Below are positions 52,599-62,373 of a stretch of DNA of 64,000 nucleotides, one piece after another. Position 1 is the first letter of the stretch; the number at the start of each line of letters is the position of its first letter. The position numbers and the translations under genes were made by a program. The stretch is taken from positions 1-64,000 of the IMG/VR virus record IMGVR_UViG_3300005537_000024; one strand, 5' to 3'. This DNA comes from a virus. Under the pieces are notes generated by a model. It ran no database searches and had not been told where the DNA came from. It saw only the letters and a list, made by a program, of their open reading frames with translations.

Positions 52599-54569
52599 AT
52601 GACGACCATTCCCGCCTCTGAGCTCGTCGCCGTAAACCCAAGCGTCGTTGCGGCGTCGGGGGACGGCCTCGACCTAATCGGCCTGTTCCTGACGCCGAAC
52701 ACGCGGGCGCCGATCGGCTCGGTCCTCAGCTTCCCGACCCAGATCGCGGTCCAGAACTTCTTCGGCGCGGCGAGCTTCGAAGGCGCGCTGGCGGGGATCT
52801 ATTTCACCGGCTTCAACGGGGCGACGAAGACCCCCGGCTCGATGCTATTCGTGCAGTACAACCAGACCGCCGTCTCGGCCTACCTGCGCGGCGGCAATAT
52901 CTCGGCGCTCCCGATCGCCACGCTTAACACGTACAACGGGACCCTGAGCGTCACGATCGACGGCACGCTCAAGTCGGCGACGGTCAACCTCGCGGCGGCG
53001 ACGACGTTCTCGAACGCGGCGGAGATCATCGGGCAGTCGCTCGGGATCGAGGGCGCGGCGGCCGGCGTGTTTACCGGCTCCGTCGGCGGCACGTTTGGCA
53101 CATGCACGACCTCGGGCACGACGCTGACGCTCGGCACGGTGACGACGGGGAGCCTCTGGCCCGGCGACACGGTCACCGGCTCGGACGGCACGAACTCGAT
53201 CAACACGACGATCGTCAAGCAGCTCACCGGCGCGGCCGGCGGAGCGGCCGGGGCGACGTTCCAGCTCACCGCCGCGGCCTCGCCCGGCAACATGGGCAGC
53301 GCGACCGTCACGGCGGTCTCGAGCACGCTCAACGTGACCGGCGTGACCTCGGGCGCGCTCGCGGTCGCCGACGTGATCTCCGGCACCAATGTTCCCGCGA
53401 ACACGTACGTCTCGGGGCTCGGGACGGGGACCGGCGGGACCGGGACCTACACCCTCAGCGGTTCGCAGTTCCGGACGACGGCGGGCGCGGAGACGATCAA
53501 CGCGTTCACGCCCGGGGTGACGTACGACAGCGTCTCGGGCGCCTTCGTCGTCACCTCCGCGACGACCGGGACGACGTCGACGATCACCTTCGGGTCCGGC
53601 GCGATGGCGACGAACCTGCTGCTCACGCAGGCGACGGGCGCGACGCTCTCGCAGGGGGCGGCGGCGAACACCGCGACCACGGTCTCGGGGTTCATGAACG
53701 CCATCATCGTGCAGACGACGAACTGGGCGACCTTCACGACGACCTACGACCCGGACGGCGGCTCGGGGAGCACGATCAAGCAAGCGTTCGCGGCGTGGAA
53801 GAACGCGCAGAACAACCGGTACGGCTACGTCGCCTTCGACAACGACCCGACGCCGACGACGACGCTCCCGGCGCCCGCGAGCTTCGCCCAGATCCTCACG
53901 AACAACAACGACTCGGGGACGATGCCTCAGTGGGCGCCCGACGCGACGACCGGCCCGGAGCAAACGGCGTTCATCATGGGGACGGTCGCCTCGATCAACT
54001 TCAACCAGCCGAACGGGCGGATCACGTTCGCCTACAAGAACCAGGCGGGGCTCACGGCGACGGTCACGACCGCGGCCGCGGCGCAGAACCTCCTCGGCAA
54101 CAACTACAATTTCTACGGCGCGTACGGCGCGGCGGGGAACACGTTCGTCTGGGAGCAGGACGGCGGGTGCACCGGCCCCTACAACTGGTTCGACAGCTAC
54201 GTCAACCAGATCTGGCTCAACAACCTGTGTCAGCAGGCGCTCCTCACGATGATGGGGAACAACCTCTCGATCCCGTTCAACTTCGCGGGGGCGAGCCTCA
54301 TCCACCAGACGCTCGCCGACCCGATCGCCCGGGGTCTCTCCTTCGGCGCTTTCGCGCCCGGGACGATCTCCTCCGCGGAGATCGCGTCCGTGAACGCGCA
54401 GGCGAACGCGAACATCGCGGGCACGCTCCAGTCGCAGGGCTGGTACTTGCAGGTTCTCCAGCAGAGCGCGGCGGTCCGGAAGACGCGCGGGCCGTGGCTA
54501 ATCACGCTCTGGTACTTGGACCGCGGCTCGGTGCAGTCGATCGACCTCAGCAGCGTGTTGGTCCAATAG
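52599..54569 (+). CDS. Tail sheath protein (DUF3383-type)
   Basis: IPAS..V.VNP.V, SAYLRG, NWATF, NGRITFAYK.Q.GL, YN.YGAY, DSYVNQIWL. Confidence 0.92.
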   Translation: MTTIPASELVAVNPSVVAASGDGLDLIGLFLTPNTRAPIGSVLSFPTQIAVQNFFGAASFEGALAGIYFTGFNGATKTPGSMLFVQYNQTAVSAYLRGGNISALPIATLNTYNGTLSVTIDGTLKSATVNLAAATTFSNAAEIIGQSLGIEGAAAGVFTGSVGGTFGTCTTSGTTLTLGTVTTGSLWPGDTVTGSDGTNSINTTIVKQLTGAAGGAAGATFQLTAAASPGNMGSATVTAVSSTLNVTGVTSGALAVADVISGTNVPANTYVSGLGTGTGGTGTYTLSGSQFRTTAGAETINAFTPGVTYDSVSGAFVVTSATTGTTSTITFGSGAMATNLLLTQATGATLSQGAAANTATTVSGFMNAIIVQTTNWATFTTTYDPDGGSGSTIKQAFAAWKNAQNNRYGYVAFDNDPTPTTTLPAPASFAQILTNNNDSGTMPQWAPDATTGPEQTAFIMGTVASINFNQPNGRITFAYKNQAGLTATVTTAAAAQNLLGNNYNFYGAYGAAGNTFVWEQDGGCTGPYNWFDSYVNQIWLNNLCQQALLTMMGNNLSIPFNFAGASLIHQTLADPIARGLSFGAFAPGTISSAEIASVNAQANANIAGTLQSQGWYLQVLQQSAAVRKTRGPWLITLWYLDRGSVQSIDLSSVLVQ

Positions 54570-54578
54570 GAGCCCTCT

Positions 54579-55010
54579 ATGTCTTTGAGCGCCGCCAACT
54601 CGATCATCACGCTCTCGCAGCCGGTCCTGTTCCCCGGCTCGCCGCAGCAGCTCCAGGGCTTCGGGGCGGACGACGTGACCGACATCGAGGCCGCGAAGAT
54701 CCTCGAGCACCTGATGGGCGTCGACGGCGTCCTCTCGTTCGGCTTCGTGTGGGTCGAGCGGATTCAGGAGATCACGCTCCAGGCCGACTCGGCGTCGAAC
54801 TCGTTCTTCGACGTGGTCAACGCGCAGCAGGAAGCGGTGCAGGACGTCTACGCGCTGAGCGGGACCATCCTCCTCCCGTCGCTCGGGCTCAAGTTCACGT
54901 GCATCAACGGCGGGCTCGAAAACTACAAGCCCATGCCGAAGGTCCAGAAGATCACCCGGCCGCGCACGTACCGGATCGTCTGGAACAAGGTCATCCCGTC
55001 GCTGAGCTGA
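54579..55010 (+). CDS. Tail tube protein
   Basis: QLQGF..DD, MGVDG.LS.G, ITLQADS; follows sheath. Confidence 0.88.
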   Translation: MSLSAANSIITLSQPVLFPGSPQQLQGFGADDVTDIEAAKILEHLMGVDGVLSFGFVWVERIQEITLQADSASNSFFDVVNAQQEAVQDVYALSGTILLPSLGLKFTCINGGLENYKPMPKVQKITRPRTYRIVWNKVIPSLS

Positions 55011-55014
55011 CCAG

Positions 55015-55224
55015 ATGGCGGACGAGGAGAGCGGCACCTGCCGGTGGTGCGGCGAGGCCCACGGCCCACGGTGCCCGTGGGTCAAGGCGGTCGAGTTCAA
55101 CGCCAAGAACGGGGCGGTCACGCGCGTCGAGTTCATGACGCCGGCCGACTGCGCCGCCCCGCGCCGCTCCCCCGAGGAGGAGCCCGCCCCCGACTATCCC
55201 AGGCTCAAACCGTCGCGAGGTTGA
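55015..55224 (+). CDS. Small Cys/His protein
   Basis: CRWCG..H..CP.VKAVEF. Confidence 0.5.
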   Translation: MADEESGTCRWCGEAHGPRCPWVKAVEFNAKNGAVTRVEFMTPADCAAPRRSPEEEPAPDYPRLKPSRG

Positions 55225-55722
55225 ATGCGCAAGCGAGAGGTCGTCGAGGTCCCCGAGTGGGGGAAGCGCGACAAGGGCAAGTCGTTCCTGATCACGGAGT
55301 GGCCGGCCGCGACCGCGGAGCGGTGGGGCATCAAGGCGCTCTTGGCCTACAACCGCGGCGGCGGGAACATCGACCCGGACGCAGCGATCGGCGCCGGCAT
55401 GGAAGGCATCTTCTTCCTCGGCGTGCAGGCGTTCCTGCGGGGGAAGATGGAGGCGGAGGAGACCATCCCGATCCTCGACGAGCTCCTCGACTGCGTGAAG
55501 ATCGTCCGGGACCCGAAAGCGCGCAACGCCGAGACGGGCGACCCGGTGGCGACGCCGATCGTGAGCGACGACGACATCCAGGAGGTCCAGACGCGGATGT
55601 GGCTGCGGAGCGAGGTGGTCCGCGTCCATACGGGTTTTTCGCCAGCCGCCGCCGTCTCGAACTTGATCTCCCTGATCATGACGCCGGCGGCTTCGCGAGG
55701 TACGCAAACGTCCCAGACCTGA
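55225..55722 (+). CDS. Tail assembly chaperone
   Basis: RDKGK.FLITE.PA..E.W, LLDCV, DI.EV.T..LR.E; upstream of tape measure. Confidence 0.85.
   Translation: MRKREVVEVPEWGKRDKGKSFLITEWPAATAERWGIKALLAYNRGGGNIDPDAAIGAGMEGIFFLGVQAFLRGKMEAEETIPILDELLDCVKIVRDPKARNAETGDPVATPIVSDDDIQEVQTRMWLRSEVVRVHTGFSPAAAVSNLISLIMTPAASRGTQTSQT
55632..55638 (+). other. Programmed -1 frameshift site G GGT TTT
   Basis: In-frame XXXYYYZ heptamer; -1 frame open to 55874 and encodes TLAELQTIYGLEDLYDMLEV. Confidence 0.8.
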
Positions 55723-55870
55723 TCGCGCTCGCGCTCTCGTTCGGGGCGCCGCGGGTCACGCTCGCCGAGCTCCAGACCATCTACGGCCTCGAGGACCTCT
55801 ATGATATGCTCGAGGTCTACCTCGTGAACGCGCACAACGCGCGGGTCGCGGCGAAACGGCGGGAGCGGAA

Positions 55871-56239
55871 GTGAAGATCGTCCGGCTCGACAAGCACTAC
55901 TGGCCGCGCGGCGGCTTCGGGCACTGGTGCCCAGGCTGCGGGTACGGGCACGAGATCGACACCGAGCAGCCCAACTCGCTCGGGGCGAAGTGGTCGTTCG
56001 ACGGGAACATGGCGAGCCCGACGTTCACGCCGAGCGTCAACATCCGGTGGGGGAAGTACGCGGACCCGTCGCACGTCGGCGACCCCGCGCACGACCGCGT
56101 CTGCCACTACAACATCACGGCGGGTCGGATCTATTACCACGGCGACTGCACGCACGCGTTGCGCGGGCAGGTCGTCGACCTCCCGGACATCCCGGACGGC
56201 AAGTACGAGACCTCCAAGCGGCTAACGGGGAGAGGCTGA
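55871..56239 (+). CDS. DUF6527-like Cys/His protein
   Basis: HWCPGCG..H, WSFDGN..PTFTPSV, CHY.IT.G.I..DCTH. Confidence 0.75.
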   Translation: MKIVRLDKHYWPRGGFGHWCPGCGYGHEIDTEQPNSLGAKWSFDGNMASPTFTPSVNIRWGKYADPSHVGDPAHDRVCHYNITAGRIYYHGDCTHALRGQVVDLPDIPDGKYETSKRLTGRG

Positions 56240-57795
56240 TGGCCGGGACTATCATCGACTCGCTAGTCCTCTCGCTCGCGCTCGACGCGTCGCAGTTCAC
56301 GGCCGCGCAGCGCAAGGCGATCGACGACCTGCGCAAGTTCCAAGAGCAGGCAGTCGGCGGCGGGAAGGAGATCGAGTCGCAGGGCAAGAAGCTGTTCGAG
56401 GTCCTCGGGGGCCTCCGGACGGCGTTCCTCACGACGATCGGCGGGTTCATAGGCGGCCAGGTCGGCGCGCAGCTCGCGGGCTTCGCGAACAACCTCCTCA
56501 ACGCGGACGCGGCGCTCGCGCGGCTCGGGAAGACGATGAACGTCTCGGCCGTGGACCTCTCGGCGTGGCAGGGGGCGTTTAGGCAGATGGGGATGTCGGG
56601 GGAGAGCGCGACGGGGGCGATCCAGGGGCTAAGCGGCGAGATGACCCGCTTCTCGATCACCGGTCAGTCGTCGATGCTCCCGGTCCTCTCGCGGCTCGGC
56701 GTGAGCCTGACGGACTCGAACGGCCGCCTCAAGACGGCGACGCAGATGTGGCTCGACCTCGCGGAGGCGGTCCAGGGGATGGATCCCCGCGAAGCGGCGG
56801 CTTTCCTCGCGATGATCCCGGGCGCGAACCAGGAGATGATCAACTTCGCGCTCCGCGGCCGGAAGGCAATGGAGGACTACGTCGCGGCCGGGCGCCCGAC
56901 CGAGGAGATGATGCGCAGGAACATAGAGCTCGCCGAGGACTATCAGAAGTCTATCGGCCGGCTCGAGGTCGCCGCGACGGACCTGGGGCGGACGTTCACG
57001 GTGGCGGTCGCCCCGCCGGTCTCGGCGATCGCCGACAAGACCACGGCGTGGCTCAACAGCCTGCGCGAGGGGCGCGACGCGGCCTCCCAGATCGGCAAGG
57101 ACATCGAGGCGGGGATCGAGGCGGCGAAGAAGGGGGACGTGGGGGAGGCGGGGAGCCGCTTCTGGGCGGCGATGTTCGGGAACCTGTTCACCGGGGCCGC
57201 CGGGACGCTCTCGCCGGAGGAGGAGGCGATCAGGGCGAGGTTCGCTCCCGGCGCGGCGCCGGGCGCATCCCCGGGCTCAACCCTCCGGGTCAAGGTGGGG
57301 GCGGGCGCGGCCACGCCGGCGGTGGCGGCCCTGGCGCGGACCATCCAGGCCGGCGTCCCCGGCCTCAAGCAGTTCACCGCGTTCAACGACGCCTTCCACG
57401 GGGGCGCCGGGGGGCACGGAGCTGGCCGGGCTCTCGACTTCACGGTCGAGGACCCGTCGCAGTACGCGGCCACGGCGGCGCGCGTGCGCGCCCTTCTAGC
57501 CTCCCAGGGGGTCGACGCGACGGTCGTCGACGAGGCCAGCCGCCCGTCGGCGAGGGCGACCGCTCCGCACATCCACGTCGAGCTCAACGGCGCGGCGCTG
57601 GCGCCGGGCCTGCAAGGGGCGGGCGGCAGGCGCCCGGAGGCCGCCGCGGCCGCCGGGGGCGGGGTGACGCTCAACGTCGGGACGATCAACGTCTCCGCCG
57701 GGGCCGCGACCGACGCGGAGGGCATAGCCGGCGTCATCGAGCCGGCCCTGCGGCGGACCCTCGAGGCGGGCGCAGCGAGCTACGGGGCACGGTAA
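56239..57795 (+). CDS. Tape measure protein with C-terminal LAS/M15-like peptidase domain
   Basis: TIIDSLVLSL.LD N-terminus, helical body; GHGAGRALDF (H-x6-D) and HIH. Confidence 0.82.
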   Translation: MAGTIIDSLVLSLALDASQFTAAQRKAIDDLRKFQEQAVGGGKEIESQGKKLFEVLGGLRTAFLTTIGGFIGGQVGAQLAGFANNLLNADAALARLGKTMNVSAVDLSAWQGAFRQMGMSGESATGAIQGLSGEMTRFSITGQSSMLPVLSRLGVSLTDSNGRLKTATQMWLDLAEAVQGMDPREAAAFLAMIPGANQEMINFALRGRKAMEDYVAAGRPTEEMMRRNIELAEDYQKSIGRLEVAATDLGRTFTVAVAPPVSAIADKTTAWLNSLREGRDAASQIGKDIEAGIEAAKKGDVGEAGSRFWAAMFGNLFTGAAGTLSPEEEAIRARFAPGAAPGASPGSTLRVKVGAGAATPAVAALARTIQAGVPGLKQFTAFNDAFHGGAGGHGAGRALDFTVEDPSQYAATAARVRALLASQGVDATVVDEASRPSARATAPHIHVELNGAALAPGLQGAGGRRPEAAAAAGGGVTLNVGTINVSAGAATDAEGIAGVIEPALRRTLEAGAASYGAR

Positions 57796-57798
57796 AAG

Positions 57799-58068
57799 AT
57801 GGCGAACGACGCGAAGTACGTCCGCATCATGTGCGAGGTCTCGGACGGGAAAAGCACGACGCGCCCGATGACGTCGATCGTCGTCCGCTTCGGCGACGGC
57901 GAGACGGACTTCCACGCCGCCAAGGCTAGGGCTCTCGGCTACATCACCGAGGAGCTGTGCCGCTACGGGCTCCACGAGGCCCTCAACGCGATCGGGATCT
58001 ACGACGACGCGATGAGGGCGCGCATGGCCGAGTTCGACGCTCGCCACGGGAGGAAGCCAGGTGGCTAA
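57799..58068 (+). CDS. Hypothetical protein
   Basis: 89 aa, operonic. Confidence 0.5.
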   Translation: MANDAKYVRIMCEVSDGKSTTRPMTSIVVRFGDGETDFHAAKARALGYITEELCRYGLHEALNAIGIYDDAMRARMAEFDARHGRKPGG

Positions 58069-58744
58069 CGGCGGCATCGCCCTCCTGACGGCCGACGCGG
58101 CGGACCTGGCCCTCGGGACGATCCTGACGCCGCAGTGGGGGATCTACCTCAACGGCGCGCCGGTCATCCTGCCGGCGTCGATCTTCAGCCAGCAGGTCTT
58201 CGGCTCGCTCTCGGCCGTCGCGGGGATCGCGAGCGCGGCGATCGCGCTGGTCGCCCCGTCGCTCGGCGCGCCGAACCTCCTTCCCTCGACGGCCTCGACG
58301 GTCGACTTCGAGTTCGCGGCCGAGTCTCCGCTCTCGGACTACACGCAGGAGCAGGGGGCGTTCCAGAGCTACGACAAGGTCACGTTGCCGTTCGACATAA
58401 AAATTAAGCTCAAGTGCTCGGGGAACGCGCAGGTCCGGCAAGCCTTCCTGAGCACGTGCCAGTGGATCAGGAACTCGCTCAACCTGTTCGACATCGTCAC
58501 GCCGGAGCAGAAGTTCCGGAGCGTCAACTGCCACCACGTCGACTGGCGGAGGACGGCGGCGAGCGGGGTCTCGATGATCGTCGTCGACCTGTGGTTCCAG
58601 CAGATCGCGGTGACGAGCTCGTCGACGTTCTCGAGCACGCAGAACCCCGCGGAGGCGGGCCAGCAGTCCCTCGGCAACGTGCAGGCGCAGCCGCCGGGGC
58701 AGTCGGTTACGAGCCAGTTCGGCTCCGGGATAAAGGTCCAGTGA
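58061..58744 (+). CDS. Baseplate/tail tube initiator (Dit-like)
   Basis: QWGIY, SDY.QEQGAFQSYDKV.LP, DIVTPE. Confidence 0.8.
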   Translation: MANGGIALLTADAADLALGTILTPQWGIYLNGAPVILPASIFSQQVFGSLSAVAGIASAAIALVAPSLGAPNLLPSTASTVDFEFAAESPLSDYTQEQGAFQSYDKVTLPFDIKIKLKCSGNAQVRQAFLSTCQWIRNSLNLFDIVTPEQKFRSVNCHHVDWRRTAASGVSMIVVDLWFQQIAVTSSSTFSSTQNPAEAGQQSLGNVQAQPPGQSVTSQFGSGIKVQ

Positions 58745-58745
58745 C

Positions 58746-59060
58746 ATGCTCGTCGTCCCCCTCCAGCCGGTCGCGAGCCAGACCTTGCAGTGCCAGCTCG
58801 GCGGGCAGGCTTGCACGATCGAGGTCGCGCAGAACGCCTTCGGCCTATTCACGACGCTATTCGTCGGATCGAGCCTGATCATCTCGAACGTCCTCTCGCA
58901 GAACCTCAACCGGATCGTGCGGTCGCTCTACCTCGGCTTCGTCGGGGACCTCGCGTTCGTCGACACGGAGGGGACGGACGACCCGTCCTACACGGGGCTC
59001 GGGTCGCGGTGGCAGCTCCTCTACCTCGCGCCGACCGACCTGCCCGCCGGCGAGGGGTGA
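58746..59060 (+). CDS. Small baseplate (hub/plug) protein
   Basis: PL.PV.SQ...LGGQ.C, YLGF.GDL.F.DT.G..DP.Y.GLG.RW.L.Y. Confidence 0.8.
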   Translation: MLVVPLQPVASQTLQCQLGGQACTIEVAQNAFGLFTTLFVGSSLIISNVLSQNLNRIVRSLYLGFVGDLAFVDTEGTDDPSYTGLGSRWQLLYLAPTDLPAGEG

Positions 59061-59064
59061 CGAG

Positions 59065-60048
59065 GTGGCCGGGCCGAGCTTCTCCCAAAAGCTGATCCAG
59101 GTGAGTATCCAGCTCGCGGCGAGCCCGCAGACGAACCAGCCGCCGCAGTTCGTGCAGGGCGGCGTGAAGGTGGGCAACGCGGTCACGCTCCCGTTCCTGC
59201 GGACGAGCGTGCGGGTGCAGAACTCCGGGGCGCCGGTCGACTGCCGGGCCCAGGTGAAGGTGTGGGGCATGGCCCCGAGCCTGATGAACCAGCTCTCGAC
59301 GCTCGGGCTCGTCTTCAACCTGGTCCCGAAGAACACGTTAACGATCTCGGCGGGGACGGACGGCAACCTCTCGACGGTGTTTACCGGGACGATCTGGGCG
59401 GCGTACGGGGACTACAACGCGCAGCCGAAGGTGCCGTTTGTATTCGAGTGCCTGAGCGGGGCGGCCGACGCGGCGATCTCGGTCCCGCCGACGAGCTTCC
59501 CGAGCTCGTTCGACGTGGCGACCGCGATGGCGGGGTTCGCCCGGCAGATGAACGTCGGGTTCCTCAACAGCGGCGGCGTCAACGTCAAGCTCCCTCCGAG
59601 CTACTTCAAGGGGTCGGCGAAGGTGCAGGCGGACGCGTGCGCGCGGGCGGCGAACATCGTCTACGGGTTCCCGAACGCCGGCACGATGGAGATCTGGCCC
59701 CTCGGCGGGAGCCGCAACAACGCGAGCGTCCCGACGATCTCGAAGGCGAACGGGATGATCGACTACCCGGCCTTCACGCAGCAGGGGATCATCGTCAAGA
59801 CGCTGTTCGACCCGCTGATCACGTTCGGGGGCCTCGTCAAGGTCGAGAGCTCGGTCCTCTCGGCGATCGCCGCGGCGCAGCCGACGCAGGCGGGCCTCGG
59901 CGGGGCGTCGACGAGCACGTTCCCGACGCAGTGGGCGATCAACAAGCTCGACCTGGCTCTCGACTCGCAGGTCCCGAAGGGGCAGTGGGCCTCGATCGCC
60001 TACGGCTACAACCCCGGGAAGGCGAAGACGATCCTTCCGCCGGGCTGA
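59065..60048 (+). CDS. Baseplate hub protein
   Basis: VWGM..MNQLS, VF.G.I..A..DYN..P, GMI.YP; position. Confidence 0.8.
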   Translation: MAGPSFSQKLIQVSIQLAASPQTNQPPQFVQGGVKVGNAVTLPFLRTSVRVQNSGAPVDCRAQVKVWGMAPSLMNQLSTLGLVFNLVPKNTLTISAGTDGNLSTVFTGTIWAAYGDYNAQPKVPFVFECLSGAADAAISVPPTSFPSSFDVATAMAGFARQMNVGFLNSGGVNVKLPPSYFKGSAKVQADACARAANIVYGFPNAGTMEIWPLGGSRNNASVPTISKANGMIDYPAFTQQGIIVKTLFDPLITFGGLVKVESSVLSAIAAAQPTQAGLGGASTSTFPTQWAINKLDLALDSQVPKGQWASIAYGYNPGKAKTILPPG

Positions 60049-60058
60049 GGAGGCGACG

Positions 60059-60754
60059 ATGGGCGACACGGGGGCGGGCCAGTACGACCCGTCGGACGCG
60101 AACTCGAGCTTCACGGTAACGTCGTTCATCGTCCGGCAGCTCCTGTCGCTGATCGACACGATGAAAGTCGTGCAGGTCACCGCGGTGCACCCCGGGTCCG
60201 GGACGCCGCCGATCGCCGGGACGGTCGACGTGCAGGTCCTCGTCGCGCAGCTCGACGGCGCCGGCAACGCGGTCCCGGGGGGGATCGTCTACGGCCTCCC
60301 GTACTTCCGCCTCGGCGGGGGGAAATGGGGCGTCGTCTGCGACCCGGCGGTCGACGACATCGGCCTCGCGATCTGCGCGGACCGGGACATCTCCAGCCTC
60401 AAGGGGGCGGTCGCGGCCGGCAAGTCGCCGATGGTCAACCCCGGCTCATACCGGTCCTACGACGTCGCCGACGGCGTCTTCCTCGGCGGGTGCCTCAACG
60501 GGGAGCCGGAGGCGTGGCTGTGGCTCAAGGCGGACGGGACCCTCAACCTGACCGACGCCAAGGGAAACGTGCTACAGACATCGGCGAGCGGATTCGCGTT
60601 GACGGGGAACGTCGCGGTCACCGGGTCGATCACGGCGACCGGCGACGTGACGGCGGGCCAGGGAGGGGCTGACAGCGTGACCCTTCAGAACCACCTCCAC
60701 GGCGGCGTGACCGGAGGCGGCAGCACCACGCTCAAGCCGGTGGCGGGGACATGA
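60059..60754 (+). CDS. Baseplate central spike (gpV/gp138-like)
   Basis: GTVDV, LPYFRL.GG...DP..DIG...DRDIS; C-terminal HxH (NHLHGGV). Confidence 0.88.
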   Translation: MGDTGAGQYDPSDANSSFTVTSFIVRQLLSLIDTMKVVQVTAVHPGSGTPPIAGTVDVQVLVAQLDGAGNAVPGGIVYGLPYFRLGGGKWGVVCDPAVDDIGLAICADRDISSLKGAVAAGKSPMVNPGSYRSYDVADGVFLGGCLNGEPEAWLWLKADGTLNLTDAKGNVLQTSASGFALTGNVAVTGSITATGDVTAGQGGADSVTLQNHLHGGVTGGGSTTLKPVAGT

Positions 60755-61401
60755 CGGCGAACTGCCTGGGCTGCTTCTTCCACCGGGGCTCCAGCGGGTC
60801 GCTGACCTGCAACCGCGACGCCCCGAGCTCGCTCGCGGCGGCGATCCCGCCGAACCGGGCGGCGTGGCTCCCGGTGAACGACACGGACTGGTGCGGGGAG
60901 TTCGCCGTGACGGACCCGGGCGTCTACACGCCTGGGACGCCGCAGCCGGGCGGGGGGCAGTGCTCGACGTGCTTCTTCGCGCACGGGTCGCCGGGCAGCT
61001 ACGTGTGCCGCTGGAACGCCCCGACGGCTTTCGCCGACTTCGGCGGCCTGCCGCACGCGGGCTGGCTCCCGGTCGACGACGCGGCGTGGTGCGGCCAGTA
61101 CGCGGCGAGCGACCCGGACATCTACGGGAGCCGGCGGGGGCCGCCGGGGCCGTCTGGCATCCTAAGCTCCGGCACGTTCGCGTGGCCCGCCGCTGCGAAC
61201 GCCGTCATAAGCGACGCCGCCGTCACGCCGACCTGCTTCATAGCCCTTCGGCCGCTCGACGCCGGCGGGGCGGCGATGATGGCGACGGCGATCGAGAACC
61301 CGTACGAGCTGAGCCGGATCGCGGGGACCAGCATCACCCTGACGACGACGTCCGGCTACCAGAACCCGGCGAACTTCGCCTACGCGCTGCTGGCGACGTG
61401 A
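60751..61401 (+). CDS. Protein with two tandem 4-Cys domains and a short collagen-like linker
   Basis: CxxCFF...C..AP...WLPV...WCG twice; GPPGPSG. Confidence 0.65.
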   Translation: MTANCLGCFFHRGSSGSLTCNRDAPSSLAAAIPPNRAAWLPVNDTDWCGEFAVTDPGVYTPGTPQPGGGQCSTCFFAHGSPGSYVCRWNAPTAFADFGGLPHAGWLPVDDAAWCGQYAASDPDIYGSRRGPPGPSGILSSGTFAWPAAANAVISDAAVTPTCFIALRPLDAGGAAMMATAIENPYELSRIAGTSITLTTTSGYQNPANFAYALLAT

Positions 61402-61410
61402 GGGTGGCGC

Positions 61411-61872
61411 ATGGCCGCGACGCTCCAGCTAAACCCGCAGACCTGGGACCTCACGCTCGACGAGGCGGGCAACATCGCCGTCCTCGCCGACCCGGACTCG
61501 CTCGCCCAGGACGCCGCGAGCGCGATCAAGACGTTCCTCGGAGAGTGCTACTGGGATACGACGGTAGGCGTGAACTACGCCGCGATCCTCGGGCAGTCGC
61601 CGCCGACGATCGCGCTCCTCAAGGCGGCCTTCGTCGACGCGGCGCTCACGGTCCCCGGGGTCGCCGCGGCGCAGGTTTTCATCTCGTCGCTCTCCGACCG
61701 CACGGTATCCGGCCAGGTCCAGGTCGTGAGCTCCTCGACCGGGCAGGTTTCCGCAGCTAACTTCGCGACCAACCTCGCGAGGGTGGTCAACCCCGCGGCC
61801 CCGCTGATTCTGGTCTCGGAATCCGGAGATCCCCTAAGCTCGGAGGGAGGAGAGATCCTCACGTCAGGATGA
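61411..61872 (+). CDS. Baseplate wedge / sheath initiator with C-terminal extension
   Basis: WDLTLD..GNIA, AQDAASAI.TFLGEC.WD...GV.Y, ALTVPGV. Confidence 0.85.
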   Translation: MAATLQLNPQTWDLTLDEAGNIAVLADPDSLAQDAASAIKTFLGECYWDTTVGVNYAAILGQSPPTIALLKAAFVDAALTVPGVAAAQVFISSLSDRTVSGQVQVVSSSTGQVSAANFATNLARVVNPAAPLILVSESGDPLSSEGGEILTSG

Positions 61873-62363
61873 AACGAACAGCAGCCGTCGTCCTCGCGCT
61901 CTCGCTCCTGCTCGCCGTCTACGCGTTCGCGCAGCCGACGACGCAGTCGTTCCCGAACTACGTGCGGAGCCTCCCGCAGGCGTCCCTCCCGCTCACGGGG
62001 ACCGAGATCCTCTACATGATCCAGAACGGGGAATCGGTGCAGGCGGCCTCGCTCCAGCTCGGGGGGAGCGGCGGGTCCGGGGCGCCGTACCAGTTCACGC
62101 CGTCGACCGGGGCCGACCAGCACAACCTCGCCGTCGTCTCGGCCACGCCGCTCACGGTCCCGGGCGACGCGCTGTTCGCCCAGGTGTGCGTGTCGGGCGC
62201 CGCGGTGAACTGGACGTGGACGGGGACGGCGCCGACCGCCCTGGTGGGCCAGCCGCTCGCCGCCGGGGCGTGCGAGTTCTTCTCGGGGAGGGCGGTACTC
62301 ACGGCGCTGCAGTTCATCCAGAAGGTGCCGACGGCCGTCCTCGACGTGACGTACTCGAAGTGA
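61869..62363 (+). CDS. Signal-peptide fibre-adaptor-like protein
   Basis: AFA|Q signal; SLPQASLPLTGTEILYMIQNG fibre N-terminal motif; C-domain paralogous to 34703-35086; 2 Cys. Confidence 0.75.
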   Translation: MKRTAAVVLALSLLLAVYAFAQPTTQSFPNYVRSLPQASLPLTGTEILYMIQNGESVQAASLQLGGSGGSGAPYQFTPSTGADQHNLAVVSATPLTVPGDALFAQVCVSGAAVNWTWTGTAPTALVGQPLAAGACEFFSGRAVLTALQFIQKVPTAVLDVTYSK

Positions 62364-62373
62364 GGCGCGGCTG

